From the NCBI GenBank assembly GCA_011109175.1, contig RDEW01000004.1:1477067-1541066 (forward strand): a DNA stretch of 64,000 bases. Direction: 5' to 3'. The stretch's first letter is position 1. Each line of letters starts with the position of its first letter. This stretch comes from Dicyema japonicum. Lineage: Eukaryota > Animalia > Dicyemida. This document shows positions 40,680 to 54,052 of this stretch, in pieces. The position numbers were made by a program, and so were the translations under genes. Below the pieces are notes generated by a model that was not told the DNA's origin, ran no database searches, and was given only the letters and a program-made list of their open reading frames with translations.

Positions 40680-43050
40680 AATAATAGGGACATGGTTTGA
40701 CAAAGCATTGCAACTCGATAAACTATTAACAAAGTCATAAACTTTTTTGTACTAACCATGATTTCTTCAGTTCTTGGAATGCCGCATTTTCAATCTTCTG
40801 TCTTTTCGGAATGTCAACCTGATTTTTAAGAGAGTTTTTAACTACTTTGTCTAGCGCCAAATATTGTTAGTAATCGATCACTTTCTTACACCGGATTTTG
40901 TTCTGTCCTCGTTGAGAGTAAGAAGCATTTCGTCGGTCTTTCAGATATCATCTTCATTAATTGGGTCAGGACTTACCTGTCTTCCGAGACAAAGTCTAAA
41001 ATTGTCTCCATAAGCTACAAAATCTATTCTCCTTGATGTTTGAATTCTCTGATTGCCGATTCCAAAATAAATTAAAAATAATATTGGTGACAGGGGTCTC
41101 CTCGTGGGTCTCTGTATTCGTTTTGAATTGTTTTGAAAATACTCTCCCAACTTTGACTGTGAGTTCAGTATCTGATAAGGAAAATTCTCATCAATGAAAC
41201 TTTAAATCACTTCAATAAGGTTCGGTCGAAATCTTTTACATATTTATACTTAGAACCCATAAGCATGTGAATATTTAGGGTTTCATTTGTTTCGTGCTCT
41301 TCACTATCCGTTCTACCAGGTTTTTTTGTAAGTAAATGCAGTATTTATGATTTTATTTAACCCAAGACCACGGTAAAACCAAACTAATTATCAAGTAATT
41401 CCAATGCATTCAAACAGAGACCTCATCTTTGCCCGGTGTTCTTCCTTCGTACCCGCGCATAAATGTACAGGACGGCTGCCTGAATTTTTCAGGGCCACCT
41501 TCCCGTGATCTGACGTCTAGTCTCATAAGGGCTTCCAGAAACGTAGTCCGGTTCGGTGATCTTCACAAATCCAACACTCCGTTACTCTGTAAGCCCTCTT
41601 TTGCATTTCCTTAATTTTCCTCATATTTGTCCAAGATATGGACGGTCTCCACGAGGCGCATGCATATGAGAAAAATGGCTCGATGTACTATTTGTACACG
41701 TTATCAAGACTGGGTGACTACCACTCTTCCATATTCCCGATAAACTTTTCAATACGTTCAGTTTCTTCTCGCATTTCAATAGAATGTTTTCTACGTGTGG
41801 TGTCAGAGATACATATCAAAATCCTTTGACATCTTTTGAAAGGGATGCCAACCTTGTTTAACTTCAAGGTGACTGTCTTCCTTCCCAATCTTTTGTCAGA
41901 ACTAAATAGTGACATAGACGACTTCCTGCATTCACCACGAGTCGGTTATCCATTATCCAGGCATTAAGCCTGTCCAGGTTAATTTGTATTCTTTCTGTGG
42001 CCTTCTGGATGTCCTGATCTCGCGAAGCCAACACATATCATCCTTATAGGAAAGTAGAACATCATTATCAGATTCAAGAGTCGGAGATCAGCAAGAAAGA
42101 GGTTAAACAGAGCAGGGGATAATGGAGATCCTTGAGGGACTCCGTTGGGGAGGAGCCGTGAAATTGATTTCAGACCTCCGAGACAAACACGTCCCCTTCG
42201 TCCACTTAGGAATTTAGTGATCCAAAGCTTTAGCTTCCCTGGGATCTCCGATTGAAATATTTTTCTCGATAGAATCTTCCTCGAGACCGAATCAAAAGCT
42301 TTATGTATGTCAATAGAGCAAAGCACTGTTTTAAAGTGTCTCGGCTTGGTTGTGAATCCGACTCGAATAAAGTCGGTCAATGTTTAAAGTATATGTTGAA
42401 AAGTCCTCTCTGGTAAAAATTCTTTTATTTTCCCTAGCACAAACCTCTCCAGGATTTTTGACATGGAACATAGTAGTGACACCGGTCTAAAAGACGCTGG
42501 GTCATCTCTCGGTCTTCCTGGTTTTAGTCTTGGCCGTATTATTGCCTGTTTCCATGATAATGGTATCACATTCTGGTTAATCGAGTAGTTGAAAACCGAC
42601 GTTAGGAAAATGACTCCCCCGTCTTCAAGATTTTTTAATAAAATAACAGGAATGTTGTCTGGTCCGTAAGAGTATGTAGTTTTTGTGGAATGTATTGTAT
42701 CCCTCACCTTTTTCTCCAAAAAGAAGAGTGGTTCTGATAGTCTCTTTAGTTTCCTGCGTGATGGTAGTGTATCAGACTTCATGTGCTCCTTGTGTGAAAT
42801 TTTAGTATAGGAATTTTATCAAGTTGCTCACATCTTTTTGAACATAATCCTCCTCTGTTGAAATTTCATTGCTTTTTGCCACATTTCGAATAGCTTCCCA
42901 CACCTCTTCCGTAGTGCGATTTCTATTTACCATTGCAAGCACACGATTCCACTTCAACCTCTGGGCCTTGAGCTCTTTGGCCTTTATTTCATTATTCAAT
43001 GTTCTGATCCGGAGTTTCATATCCAAGGTTATCCGGTTAGATTTTTTAAG
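40680..43050 (-). mobile_element. RTE relic plus I/Jockey RT relic (second copy)
   Basis: ORFs 41979-42380 (IDIHKAFDSV..NGVPQGSPLSPALFNL) and 42384-42782 (GPDNIP..FRPVSLLCSMSKILER). Confidence 0.8.
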
Positions 43051-43369
43051 CCGATTTCTTTAATCATGATAAAAAATTATATTTTGAAAGTAATCTTAAA
43101 TATTTTTTTTATAATTTTTATTAAATTTATTTATCTTTAAATGTTTAATAAATAAATAATAATAAAGTGTTATTGTACGTTTTTATGTTAACCCTTCTGC
43201 TGATCTTATCGGTTTGTTTAAAATACTAAAATTCTTCATCAATTACTATTAAATATATCAATGCAGTAATTTAATTTATTAACATTTGATAATTTTTGTT
43301 ACACATCATATTTTGTATTCTCAGCATTATTAAAAACAGCTTGATATTTATAATTCCTAAATTTATATG

Positions 43370-44605
43370 TTTATTGATGATATCATGCTTTCAAGAATCC
43401 GTTATATTTTTTAAATTTTTCTTACTAAATTTATCTGACAATTAATGTTTACTCTATAAATCAATACATTTATTGCTGCCATAAAATTATCATCAATTGT
43501 CTAATTGATATTTAATAAGAAATTACACAAATTTATTAGTTTATACTTTTTAGAATTTGTCCATTGCATTTGATGATCTTGAAGACAAAAATGAAATTTC
43601 AGTAGTCGACGGTCCGTGTACTCAGAAATTGTAAGTATTTTTCTTTGCTACCAACTATTATCTGATTACTAGCTCATTCTCATATATTGAATTGTTGTTT
43701 ACAAGTCAGCTTTACTTAATGTTTATTTTGCCTTTGATAACCAATAATCACTGCTTGAGATAATTGATAATATTTAATATGGCAATTTAGCTATCAAATA
43801 AAATTTCAGTGGTTACACCACCCGCTGTTATTTTTTAAGTGCAGGAACAATTTATTAAATTATTAGATTGGAATACAAGGTTGATAACATCCTTGAGCTG
43901 TGGGATGTACTTTGCCAAGAAAATGGTCTCTTTAAACCACTTCAATGTGAAATATTTGGTGAGAGATGCAGTTGCAATGACGTTTTGACTGGAGATGTCA
44001 TATTTAATTCAACCCATTCTCTTACACAAGAATTTTGCATTCAACTTAATAAAAAACGTTCAGGTTAGATTTTATTTCTAAATATTTGTTATGAATTTTA
44101 ATTTCATACTGAATTTTTTATTTTTATAGAAACGACCACACAAAGTACAACTTTATCTCCCTTATCGACAACTCGTATCACTAAAGAACATACAACATTC
44201 CAACCGACACAAAGTCAATCAAAAACTGAAACAACCAGTCAATATTTTCCGGATAAGAACAATGATAGATCGATTATTACCATGACAACAAAAGAATATA
44301 CTACCTTGAAAACTTTGAATACATCACTGAAGATTTCTAAAACTACTGAAAAGGACGAGTCAACTATGCATTCATTTTACAAGAAATATATTCATGATCA
44401 GGATCGCGGTATCAAAGCAAGTAATATTTTTATTAACTTTTTAGTTTTTATATGCGCGCCGATGATAATTCTATTGCTAGTGATTTTGTTTTCGCTGTTT
44501 ATTTCCTACAAATTTAATAGAAACGAACGAGGAAGCTATAGCCTAGATAAATATTCAGATCTCAGTTCTGAAAGGCAGAGACTAACAATTACGAATCCTA
44601 TTTGA
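43370..44605 (+). CDS. Type I membrane protein: thyroglobulin type-1 domain, Thr-rich stalk, TM helix, 4.1m-like tail (5' end uncertain)
   Basis: Spliced GPCTQK..LCQENGLFKPLQCEIFGERCSCNDVLTG..FC (6 Cys), a Thr/Ser-rich exon, hydrophobic FINFLVFICAPMIILLLVILFSLFI, then YKFNRNERGSYSLDK. Confidence 0.75.
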
Positions 44606-45182
44606 ATTAACATTAAATTGTTATTACTTTTTTTCAAACTTTAACTTGTTTTATGTTAGAAGTCTATTAATTGGTAAATTATAACTAAGAACATATTTCT
44701 TCATGGAACTATCATGGAAATGGGTATTATTGACAAGAACGTTTGCGAATTGTGAAGATGGGGAAAAGCAGCAATATGCTTTTTTCGCAAACAAATTGGG
44801 AATAATTCATCGGTGCAAGTTTAAGTTATTCTTTATGCGATGACATGGGATTCTATCGTTCTTTAGTTTCACAGGGAAGTACTTAAATGAATAGAAATAT
44901 CCAAGCATATATACATGGACCTGTGCTCAAGAGACGTGCATTTCATAAATATTATTTCATTAATTGAAGAAAACCACCGTGAGCAGGTCACCACGTTGGG
45001 AGATTATAGCTGACTATGAACGAAGCGAACTGCCGTCGTAGGACCTCGTAGAAGCTAGCACGCTTTGAGTGAAACGAACTAGGTTGTTAATTTTTCGATA
45101 ATAAAATTGTTACTATGAAAATTAAATTTAAATTAAATTGTAATGATTTTTGTTTCTATAACTATAAAAAAAACTTTTATTG

Positions 45183-47259
45183 ATGACAAGGTTTTCAAAC
45201 GACGAAACATTTGACATTTCAAACGAAATATCAAATGGCATTCATTATGACAGTTTACCGCAGCCTTATCTATTTATTGACAAAATTATTGAATCAATTT
45301 TGGATTTAGTTTTTGAATACGTTTATTTTCAAAATCTGAGAATTGAAAACCAAGTTGATTGCGAAAACGAGCTATCATATTCGAAAGTTGACGATGTAAT
45401 CGTTCATAGTTCAATTTTAGATTAAGTTTCTGGCCAATTTTATAATTGTTGATGACATCGAAGAAATTATTATCGTTGGATTTAATTCAATTATTTTTAT
45501 TCATGATTATAATTCTTTCGAAAAAATAACGCAATTTGAGTATGATTCGGATAATGGAATTTTTGTCAATTATTTTGCCGAGAAACAAGTCAATTTATTT
45601 TGCTCTGATAAAGGTAATAAAATTTATTATTCAATAAAGGAAACGCCGAATTTATCATATATTATAAGAAAAATTTAATAATTTTAAATTACTTATATAA
45701 TCAAGTATCCTTGCACTTTTTAATTTTATAGAACGAAAACAAAATAATAACCTTCAATTTTTCAAATTGTAATAAATATTTTGCTGCCACATTACAAAGT
45801 CAGTTCAAATAATTTTATAATTTTAGAACCAGATAATTACTTTATTGAAATTTATGAAATTCCAACAAATAACTGGAATATCGAAATCTCGAATATCTTG
45901 ACGTCGTCAGATATGGATGAATTGTCGACGATTATTGTTTTTAGTTCTAATCAGTCATAGGACAAATCATCACAATTTTCAAATCCAAACATATTATTTA
46001 AGCTTCAACCTCCCAACGCATTGACTGGTTTGAAATTACGCGTGAATTTAGCTTCAAACGTAACTTCACTGCAACCTTTCTTAAATAAAAGTGAACATGA
46101 AAAATGTTCGACCTTTGGAAACAATCATTTATTAACACAGACATTTTACGACAATTTTAAGCAAATGTTTAACGTTTCAACTTTATCACATGATATTGGG
46201 TTTTTAATAATCTAGTATTTATAGATCTGCACAAATTGAATTTGCTAAAAATAGTATTCCAATCTAGATAATAACTAGATTCTCTAAACCAAATATATGT
46301 TAAATGGAGTGGAGATAATGTGATTTATTTGTACAATCTTCAAAAAACAAATAGTACTGTTAACTTTATTTTAAATATAGATGAACCCAAACCTATTTCA
46401 TCCATAATAGCGCATAATATTATTTCTGCTTTACAATTTCGAAAATCAAAAAAATGTTGGCCTATTCTCTAGAAAACAATATATTTGTGGTGAAAGATTA
46501 TGTAAGAGGTACCGACTTGTATGATATTTAATTAGATAAACTATTTGTAGTCACATCAATCGGAAAAATCCATCAAGTAGAGAAATGCTTTTTATAAACG
46601 AATATTTTGATAAAAATGAGAATAACGGGACAATTGTAGTTTTATTCATGGATGGATTTGTCTATCGTTTATCATTCGCAGATAATAACTTTGAAGTATC
46701 GTTAGTTTATCAAAGGTCAAATGTTTGGATTTAATTTTAGAGACCAGCTAAATAATAATGGAAGAATAGAAAAAATAAGCGGTCTTAAATATTATAAAGA
46801 TATTGTAAATCAAATTAATTTAAATATTAGATTTTGGCTAAGCAAAAAAATCATATAATGGTCATTGATGTAGTTCAAAGGAATATTTTATTTACTCTAA
46901 ATTGTTCCTTTGATAATTTGGTTATAAAAAATTTCACGACAACAGAGAAAGAACATACTATTTTTGTGTACGGTCATCAGATTGGAGATTCTGGTTAATT
47001 ATTTTTTAAATTATTAATTTTAGACATGCTTTCAACAAGATGATTAAATTTGATATTTATGAGCAGTTGAAATGTTGGAAAGAACAATTTAGCCTGGAAG
47101 AATTTACTTCAATTAATAACTTGGATTTAGAAAAAGAGAAAATGAATGATGAATTTAAAATTTACACACAAAGGTAAATACTTTTATTTATAGAGATTTT
47201 TGCAACCAAGTAAATACATTTATACGTTGGAACAAAAATGGAATAAATGGTTAAATTAA
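45183..47259 (+). CDS. WDR93: WDR93-like (cilia-associated WD-repeat) protein, multi-exon
   Basis: N-terminal YDSLPQPYLFIDKIIESILD resembles the WDR93 DSLPQPYRMINKL motif from memory, followed by beta-rich exons with micro-introns. Confidence 0.55.
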
Positions 47260-47559
47260 ATATTGTTTGTTAACTTTCTCTAAATATAACAATTTATGTA
47301 GTTGAAAATAATTTAGTAATAGTACGATACACAGTTTCATTAATCCTCCTCTTGCCTTATAGACAACCTCAAGACAAACAATTACTTTTTTTGGCCAGGC
47401 CCGATTTTGATTTCTGCAGCACATTAGATGCGTCTGATTGATCTCTCAGATAGTCCGCTTTTGCGTGTTACTTTTCTGCTAGTTCTCGGTATCATCACTT
47501 GAAAGGTGAAAAAATAACTAAAAAATTGCAAAGATTACGGTAAAAAAAACTAGCTACTC

Positions 47560-49640
47560 ATGTGATCTAGGCACGCTCCAATAGAGACCTCTTGGTCAGA
47601 TGTTCCTCTCTCAAGCCCTCACAAGCACGTATCATCTGTATAATTAGATGCTCGCAGACGCACGGGCACGTTCCTCGGTTTTTACGGATTACGGATTCCA
47701 GAGGCATTGAAGAGGGGACCTATCCAGAAGTCCACCGTTCCTTAATTTTAGAGCCCTTTTTGGTTAGCTTTGATCTTCAATAAATTGTCCAAGAGATGAA
47801 TGGGCCCCAGGAAGCACACGTAGAGGAAAAGCATGGTTCGATATACTGTTTGTAGACAAAATTCAGGACTGGTTCAGAAGGTTAGACTTTCACATTCGAT
47901 AATTACGTTTTCTAAGTGTTGTGAAAAGCACATATGAATAAATGGGATAACGGCGATCCATGGGGAACGCCATTTGGAGTAAGTCGTGATACCGATCTTA
48001 AATCTCCAAAACAAAGACATCCACTACAAAGACTAAGAAAGTTTGCCAACCAGTGTTTAAGGTTTCCATGGATTATCGATTGGAATATTTACTAAATTAA
48101 GTTTCTACTAGGAATGGAGTCGAACGCTTTGTGAATATCAACGGAACAGAAAAGTCATCAGATCTCAGAGTTTTTCGAGAGTTTTTTTCGAATAAAATTT
48201 GACAGCATGTTCAAATGGGTGGAAGTTTAGAATTCTGTTTTAAACCCGTGCTAGAATGAAATGTCCGGTATAACGTCTTAATTTTTAAAAGGTCTAGTTT
48301 TTCCAATAGTTTTGACATTGAACATGGAAGTGAGACATGCATGAATTAGGCTTGGCTGTCTTTCGGTCTCCCATGTTTAATATTTCATTGTATATGAATA
48401 AGTTTCCAAATATCTAGTATGAAGTTTTTGTTAACTGTTGTGTTAGACAGTCTTGATAGGAATGAAATGTCAATTGTTCCAAATTTTTTCAATAAAATGA
48501 TGGAAGTCCCACCATGTCCGCAGGAGAGTTTCTCAGTCTGTTTTAGTAATTTTTCTACGTCATTTTCTGTAAAATTGTTGATTCTGGTTCTTTCTTAAGC
48601 TTTCTCTGTACAAATAAGTAGACGGATAACCTTTTATTTTATGGCGATTCTAACATATAATTTGGCCAGCTTGTTTAAGTTATCTAAGTTTTAATCTTCG
48701 TTAAGCACCTCTTTGTCGGTACTTGAAACGTATCTAATGACCGACGACGTTTCCGCTTGGTATGTTGTAGTTAAGTGGCAAGAAACACTCCTCTGAATTT
48801 AGGTTTCTTTTTTAGACTTGGATTATGGTCGCTTCCAGACTCATAAATGACTGACCATGACGACATTCCGCTTAGGGAAAAAGAGCAAAGAGACATCCGG
48901 AAAGTTGATTGGTCGTTATTTTTGATGATCGTTCATGATCATCAATGAGCCCGTCTGTAATAGCAGTAGTCTCCCTCTTGTATCAAATGGTTAACTCGAG
49001 TTTATATGTTAATTAGAGAAAATTTTCCTTTCGAAGTTGCAAATGACGTACCAATAATTTCTGTAATGTTATCATCCCCAAGATGTCATTCACTTCCGAA
49101 AAGATGTCCAAGCATTTTGCGACCTTCTGATATATAGTTATGAGCTTATCGGCCCGTTTCTTCGTTTGATCATTCCGTATATATTTGTATCCAGGGAGGA
49201 AGGCTACTTGTAGTGAGTTTGATTACTTGGATAACAGCAATATCTGTGGTGTGTTTACATAACAGAGAGCGCAGTAAAAAGATCTTTCCTGTTATTCCAT
49301 TGACGTTTAATTTTAGCAGTTGTCGATCTGTTCTTTTGTTAGGCTGTTGAAATCTTCCATGAAGACCTGAGAGCGAGAAACCTCTTGAAAGAAAGAAAAT
49401 TAAAAAAAATTGTTTGGTTCTGTGATTATTTTAATAAAAAACTAAACGAGTTTTCTATTGTCCAAACCTTCCTGGAGCCCTTGTTTCCTGATGCGAGGAT
49501 ACTCGAGACTTTTGGTACGGTTCCTTTTGGATTCCCTCTAGTCTTGTCCGGGTTGGAAAAGTTTATGAGGAGAAATGTCGATTCCTTATGGAAAGGCTTA
49601 AAACTCTTGAAGAACAAACCGCTTTTTTATTAATGAAAAA
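47560..49640 (-). mobile_element. I/Jockey-type LINE relic (APE plus RT)
   Basis: GSDHNP (~48830), AFDSIP (~48120) and PNGVPHGSPLSH (~47960). Confidence 0.6.
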
Positions 49641-50650
49641 TAACATTTTTGTTCCCAAGATGATCTTCTCATTACTGAGTTCACCTTGTTTCTATAAGTC
49701 AAATTTTTAAAATCTCTGGAGAATCTTATTAGAAAGACGACTGAAGAAATTCTCAATATCTAATTAATAGCACTGGCTGATCTCAAGGAAAGCTCACGAT
49801 AAGATTTGGGGGGAATTGATTCGAGGTCTCCTGCCAATTTGGTCATTCCTGATACCTGTCGTCTTTCACAAGCTGTCGTACCTTGGCCAACTCAATCTTA
49901 CGTTCCTGCTCCGGATTGAATTGGACCCTGTGTTAGACACGGTTGTGCAGCAGTGGATAACAATTGGGCTTGGTATTTAGAAGAACTTTGTCTATCAAAA
50001 GAACTGGGATGAAATCCTTTGTGAAAAAAGCTAAATAAAGGTCCGCAGATATCAATAGTCAAACATGTCTAAATGCTGCGTCTGCTGAGAATTCGGAATG
50101 CCTTCCTAGTACATGCAGTTGGCACTCTGCTTGATGGGAATACAATCCGCGATGGAATTGCTTTGCGGCTAGGCCTTAACGTCTGCTTGAAATACCTATG
50201 CGAATGCAGTGGGCTGGTTGATAGGAAAGGACTACACCCTCTGTCATGCAGACAGATCTCCGGGAGATTCACTCATCACACCATGTTAAACTTGACTGTC
50301 ATGGGGGCTATCGAAAACGCCAGGTTTACTTGCCTTCTGAAACCAGTTGGTCTTGATAGAGGTGATGACAAGAGGCCTGATTGTTTGGGATTTAAAGTGC
50401 ACGGACACTTTCTCTAATGCGAATTTGCTCAATTCATCGTTGCGCGCGGGTTCTGCTGCTGAAGATTTGAAAAGGAGGAAGTACCACGACATTAGGGACC
50501 GGTTCGTTTTACAGCCGATCTCTGTTTAGACGTCTGTCGTTATTGGACAAAACACGTCTGAGTTTATTTCGTTAATCGGGTGGCTTGCAGGACTGTGGAA
50601 GGTTGAGCCTAGAATGAAGAAATGGGGCTCTTCCAGAACATTGGACTGAA
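49640..50650 (+). mobile_element. CRE-clade relic (Zn-knuckle plus RLE)
   Basis: CECSGLVDRKGLHPLSC..GRFTHHTMLN..GLDRGDDKRPD..VWDLKCTDTF..AGSAAE..RRKY. Confidence 0.85.
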
Positions 50651-50749
50651 TAACCTAATTAACTAAGTTGGAGTAAAAGTCAAAAAGGGTTGCATGCTAA
50701 CATCTATTAACAAAGTCATTTTTGGATTCTGAGGAGTCTGGAAAATTTT

Positions 50750-51620
50750 ATTGCTGTTAAACTAAATGTCTCCAATACCTTTAACTGCGTCAGACGGGAT
50801 AACTCATTGAAGCTTGCGCTTGCTGGCATCAAGATATGGAAAGTGGTGCTTTTGCCGTGTGGTTCGGAAAGCACTCTTGTATTCTGAGACAATATTTGAT
50901 TTTCTAAACCAATGTCCAACAAAGGGACCAGTTTTGACAACTGCATTTTATCGACAATATCGGACGCAATGTAAGTTCTCAATTCAACGTATGGTATCTG
51001 GATGACGTTACGATTGGAAGTCCCACGACTCCGTTTTGGAGGACCTCCGTGTCATTGTCCCGTCTTTGAAGGGTCTTGGTTTGACTGTTAATACCTCGAA
51101 GACTGAAATTGTCAATATCTCTATGTCCAACCCAGATTTTGTTACCGAAGCAAAGATCACGGACCTGGGTGAATCGTCATTCTTCCGGGCTGAAAAGTGC
51201 TCTTTCCTCGAAGGATTTTCTGCTACGCACTCTATCCTTGATTCACATGTGACGTTTGGATTTGTTCAAGGAAGTGGAGAAACCCAGACAGGATGATCTT
51301 CCCATTTACGATAAACGCTCTCTTATGTTGATACATTTTCCCTGACAATATGGTACCCAGCACGACCTCAGACTGTCCTGCTGTTGACTTTGCCAAACAG
51401 AGGAAGCTGGGAAATATTCTGCGCTTAGAGGCCTTTTCTGTTTCGTCTTATTCGCGTTAGAGACTTAGAGTGTGGCTGTTCTCAAAAGATTGGAAACGCA
51501 ATCTCCTCAAGGTTGCGAGATCCTAGGAAGCGGTTTTTGTTCAGCGAGCGTCTTGGAATTGCCATCAATCGCAACAATGCCCACTGTCTTTCGGCAGCTG
51601 GAGTCAGACAGTATTCATAT
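50750..51620 (+). mobile_element. CRE-clade relic (RT and 3' end)
   Basis: VWYLDDVTIG, GLGLTVNTSKTE and FSERLGIAINRNNA. Confidence 0.75.
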
Positions 51621-52521
51621 AAGTTATTAATCCCTTAAAAAACAAACTAAAGATAAAAGAAAAAGATTTATACAATTCCTTCTCCTAGTTAATATAAAAT
51701 CTTGCCGATCACTCATAATTTGATTTAGGCGACCATTAAAATCTCTTGCCTTGAAAATTTCAGAATTGAGTTGAAATAGACAATCTCAACAAGAAATCCA
51801 TGTTGTTGATCCCTCAGAAAATGACGTGTCTAAATCAGAAAGCCTCATAGAGGAAGTACTCACAACATAATCTTAGATAGCGAATAAATTAGGCTTAGAT
51901 AATCATTTTCCAAATTTCCCATTATAGCGACCATCCAAACAATATGGGTTTTTAGCTATCAGAGACATGTACAAACTTCAAGCTCGCATAAAAAATGCAT
52001 ATGAGTATCAATCGGGATTTTAATAAACTCATTTTTATTTATTAACCCAAGGCTTACAATCTTTGGTAAGCTCAGCAAAAACAGTCACAACTAATTAATC
52101 CAAGGAAGGAACCCAAGGGAGAACATCGGCTTGTGACAACCAAATCCATCCTCCAATGGTCCATTACAAGCTTCCGCTTCCAAAGAGAGGTGGAGAAATA
52201 GGTCCGTCCTCTTCCATTTTCGTCGCACGTCCTAAAGTCGCAGACATCACTCCATACTTAGGCGGAAGAGAATCCATAATGGAAATCACCAGCAATGAGT
52301 TGGAATAAACTCATTAACACAGGGGAAATAAATATACAATTTTTAAAAATATTTACGAATAAATGATATTTTTAAATATACAATATAGTTGAGCGGCAGC
52401 TTAATATAATTGAACTAATAAATTTACAATTAGATAAATATGCTACAATATATCATGAAGATATATAAATAATATAATAAATAATATAAAATACTAATGT
52501 TTTAATATTAATTTTTATTTG

Positions 52522-52537
52522 GCGTAGGCGCCTACGC
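52522..52537. other. Perfect 16-bp GC-rich palindrome upstream of the HMG gene
   Basis: gcgtaggcgcctacgc is its own reverse complement and lies in very AT-rich DNA, with CTAG 12 nt downstream. Confidence 0.6.
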
Positions 52538-52613
52538 ATAAATTATTAACTAGCGCTTATTTAGCGTGTAACTCTAAGTCGTTAGGTGGGTTTTTTATCT
52601 TTATTTAAAAGAT

Positions 52614-53043
52614 ATGGGAAATCCTGTTAGAAAAGCTGCTGTAGCTGGAAAGACAAAGCCTGTAAAGAAAACTAAGGTAGTGAAGGATCCAAATGCACCC
52701 AAGAAAGCCATGTATGCTGTTTCATTCTGAGACTTATTTTAGGTCCGGTTTTATGATTTTCAGTTCGGAAAAACGAAAACAAGTCAAAGACGAAGATCCG
52801 TCAATGTCTTTCGGTGATATTGGCAAAAAACTTGGTCAAATGTGGAATGCTTTGAACGACAAAGGAAAGGCAAAGTACAACGACTTGGCTAAGAAAGATA
52901 AAGAAAGATACGAGAGTGAAATGGCCTCGTATGAGCCTAAAGAGTCTAAGACGGAAGTATCTAAAAAGAAGACTAAGGCCAAAAAGACCAAAAAGCAACA
53001 ATCTGATGACGAAGGGGAGGAAGGCGAATCAGAATCCAGTTAA
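52614..53043 (+). CDS. Single HMG-box protein (NHP6/HMG-D/HMGB-like) with acidic tail
   Basis: KDPNAPKKAM, 31-nt intron 52712-52742, then SGFMIFSSEKRKQVKDEDPSMSFGDIGKKLGQMWNAL..KDKERYESEM. Confidence 0.92.
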
Positions 53044-53639
53044 TTAGATTTTTAGTTTGTCGGATTTTTGGTTTTTAATGATTGTAAATGTTCCGTTTAA
53101 TGCTATTTCAATTTAAACTTGTCTATTTTGATCGTCGATTATTTCTCAATTATTATTTACCATTATTACAGTATTTTAGTTTAAATAATTATGTTTAAGT
53201 GCTGTTACATATATTCGCTTTGTGGTGCACAACGAAGTGCACTCAAGAACGGCGCAATAGCTCCTCCAGGGCATTAATAATGTAACCATAAGAGGTAGCC
53301 CTCAATGTGTTCTAAGTATATTAAATCTCTATTCATTAACCTTTTATTGATTTATTATAAATTTTGTCTTATAGAAAATATTCCTTAATATTTTGAAAAA
53401 ATTCCGCTTAACTGTTGAATGCATAACTAACAATTATAATTTAAAGTGCTTATAATTTATGCGATAATTTAAATCAATTTATTCATTAGCCATTATCATC
53501 TGGCATATGTCTGCATAGAACATGATTTCAAAGCTAAATTTGGCTGTCTAATTGGTAAATGCATTCAAATCAGCATCAAGAACAGTCATATTGATCTGCA
53601 ACGACCTGAAAGTTTATTGATTAAATCAAATTATTAAGG

Positions 53640-53790
53640 GAGGGAGTACCGAGGGATTGGGGAGCGGTTCGCTTTCCAGCCGATCTCCGTTGTGACGTCT
53701 GGCGTTATTGGCCCGAGCACGTCTGAGTTTATCAGGTCAATCCGACGGCTTGCAGGACTGCGGAAGGGTTAGCCTAGAATCACGTGACGA
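53640..53790 (+). mobile_element. CRE-clade C-terminal fragment
   Basis: REYRGIGERFAFQPISVVTSGVIGPSTSEFI; nucleotide similarity to 50480-50610. Confidence 0.7.
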
Positions 53791-53923
53791 ACATTGATCA
53801 TGAGAGTTTACTCCCATTTCCTTCTCAATGCCTGCAGGCCATAATGTAGACCTTGACAACTAACTTTAGTTTTAATAAATTCTAATATTTAAATTATTAA
53901 TTAAGACATGTGTTCATAGTCAA

Positions 53924-54052
53924 AACTGCCGACGACCTTGACACTATGAGAGCCTTGGCTAGGAACAGGGGAGCATAGAAAATGATGACATCTAACATTG
54001 TTTCTTTTGCTGCACATGCGGGGTGTGGCTCTCGTGAAGTGCTAAATAATAA
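53924..54052 (+). mobile_element. 5'-truncated RTE insertion (~130 bp)
   Basis: KTADDLDTMRALA..SFAAHAG and the RTE tail; 13-bp TSD tgttcatagtcaa at 53911-53923 and 54053-54065. Confidence 0.85.
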
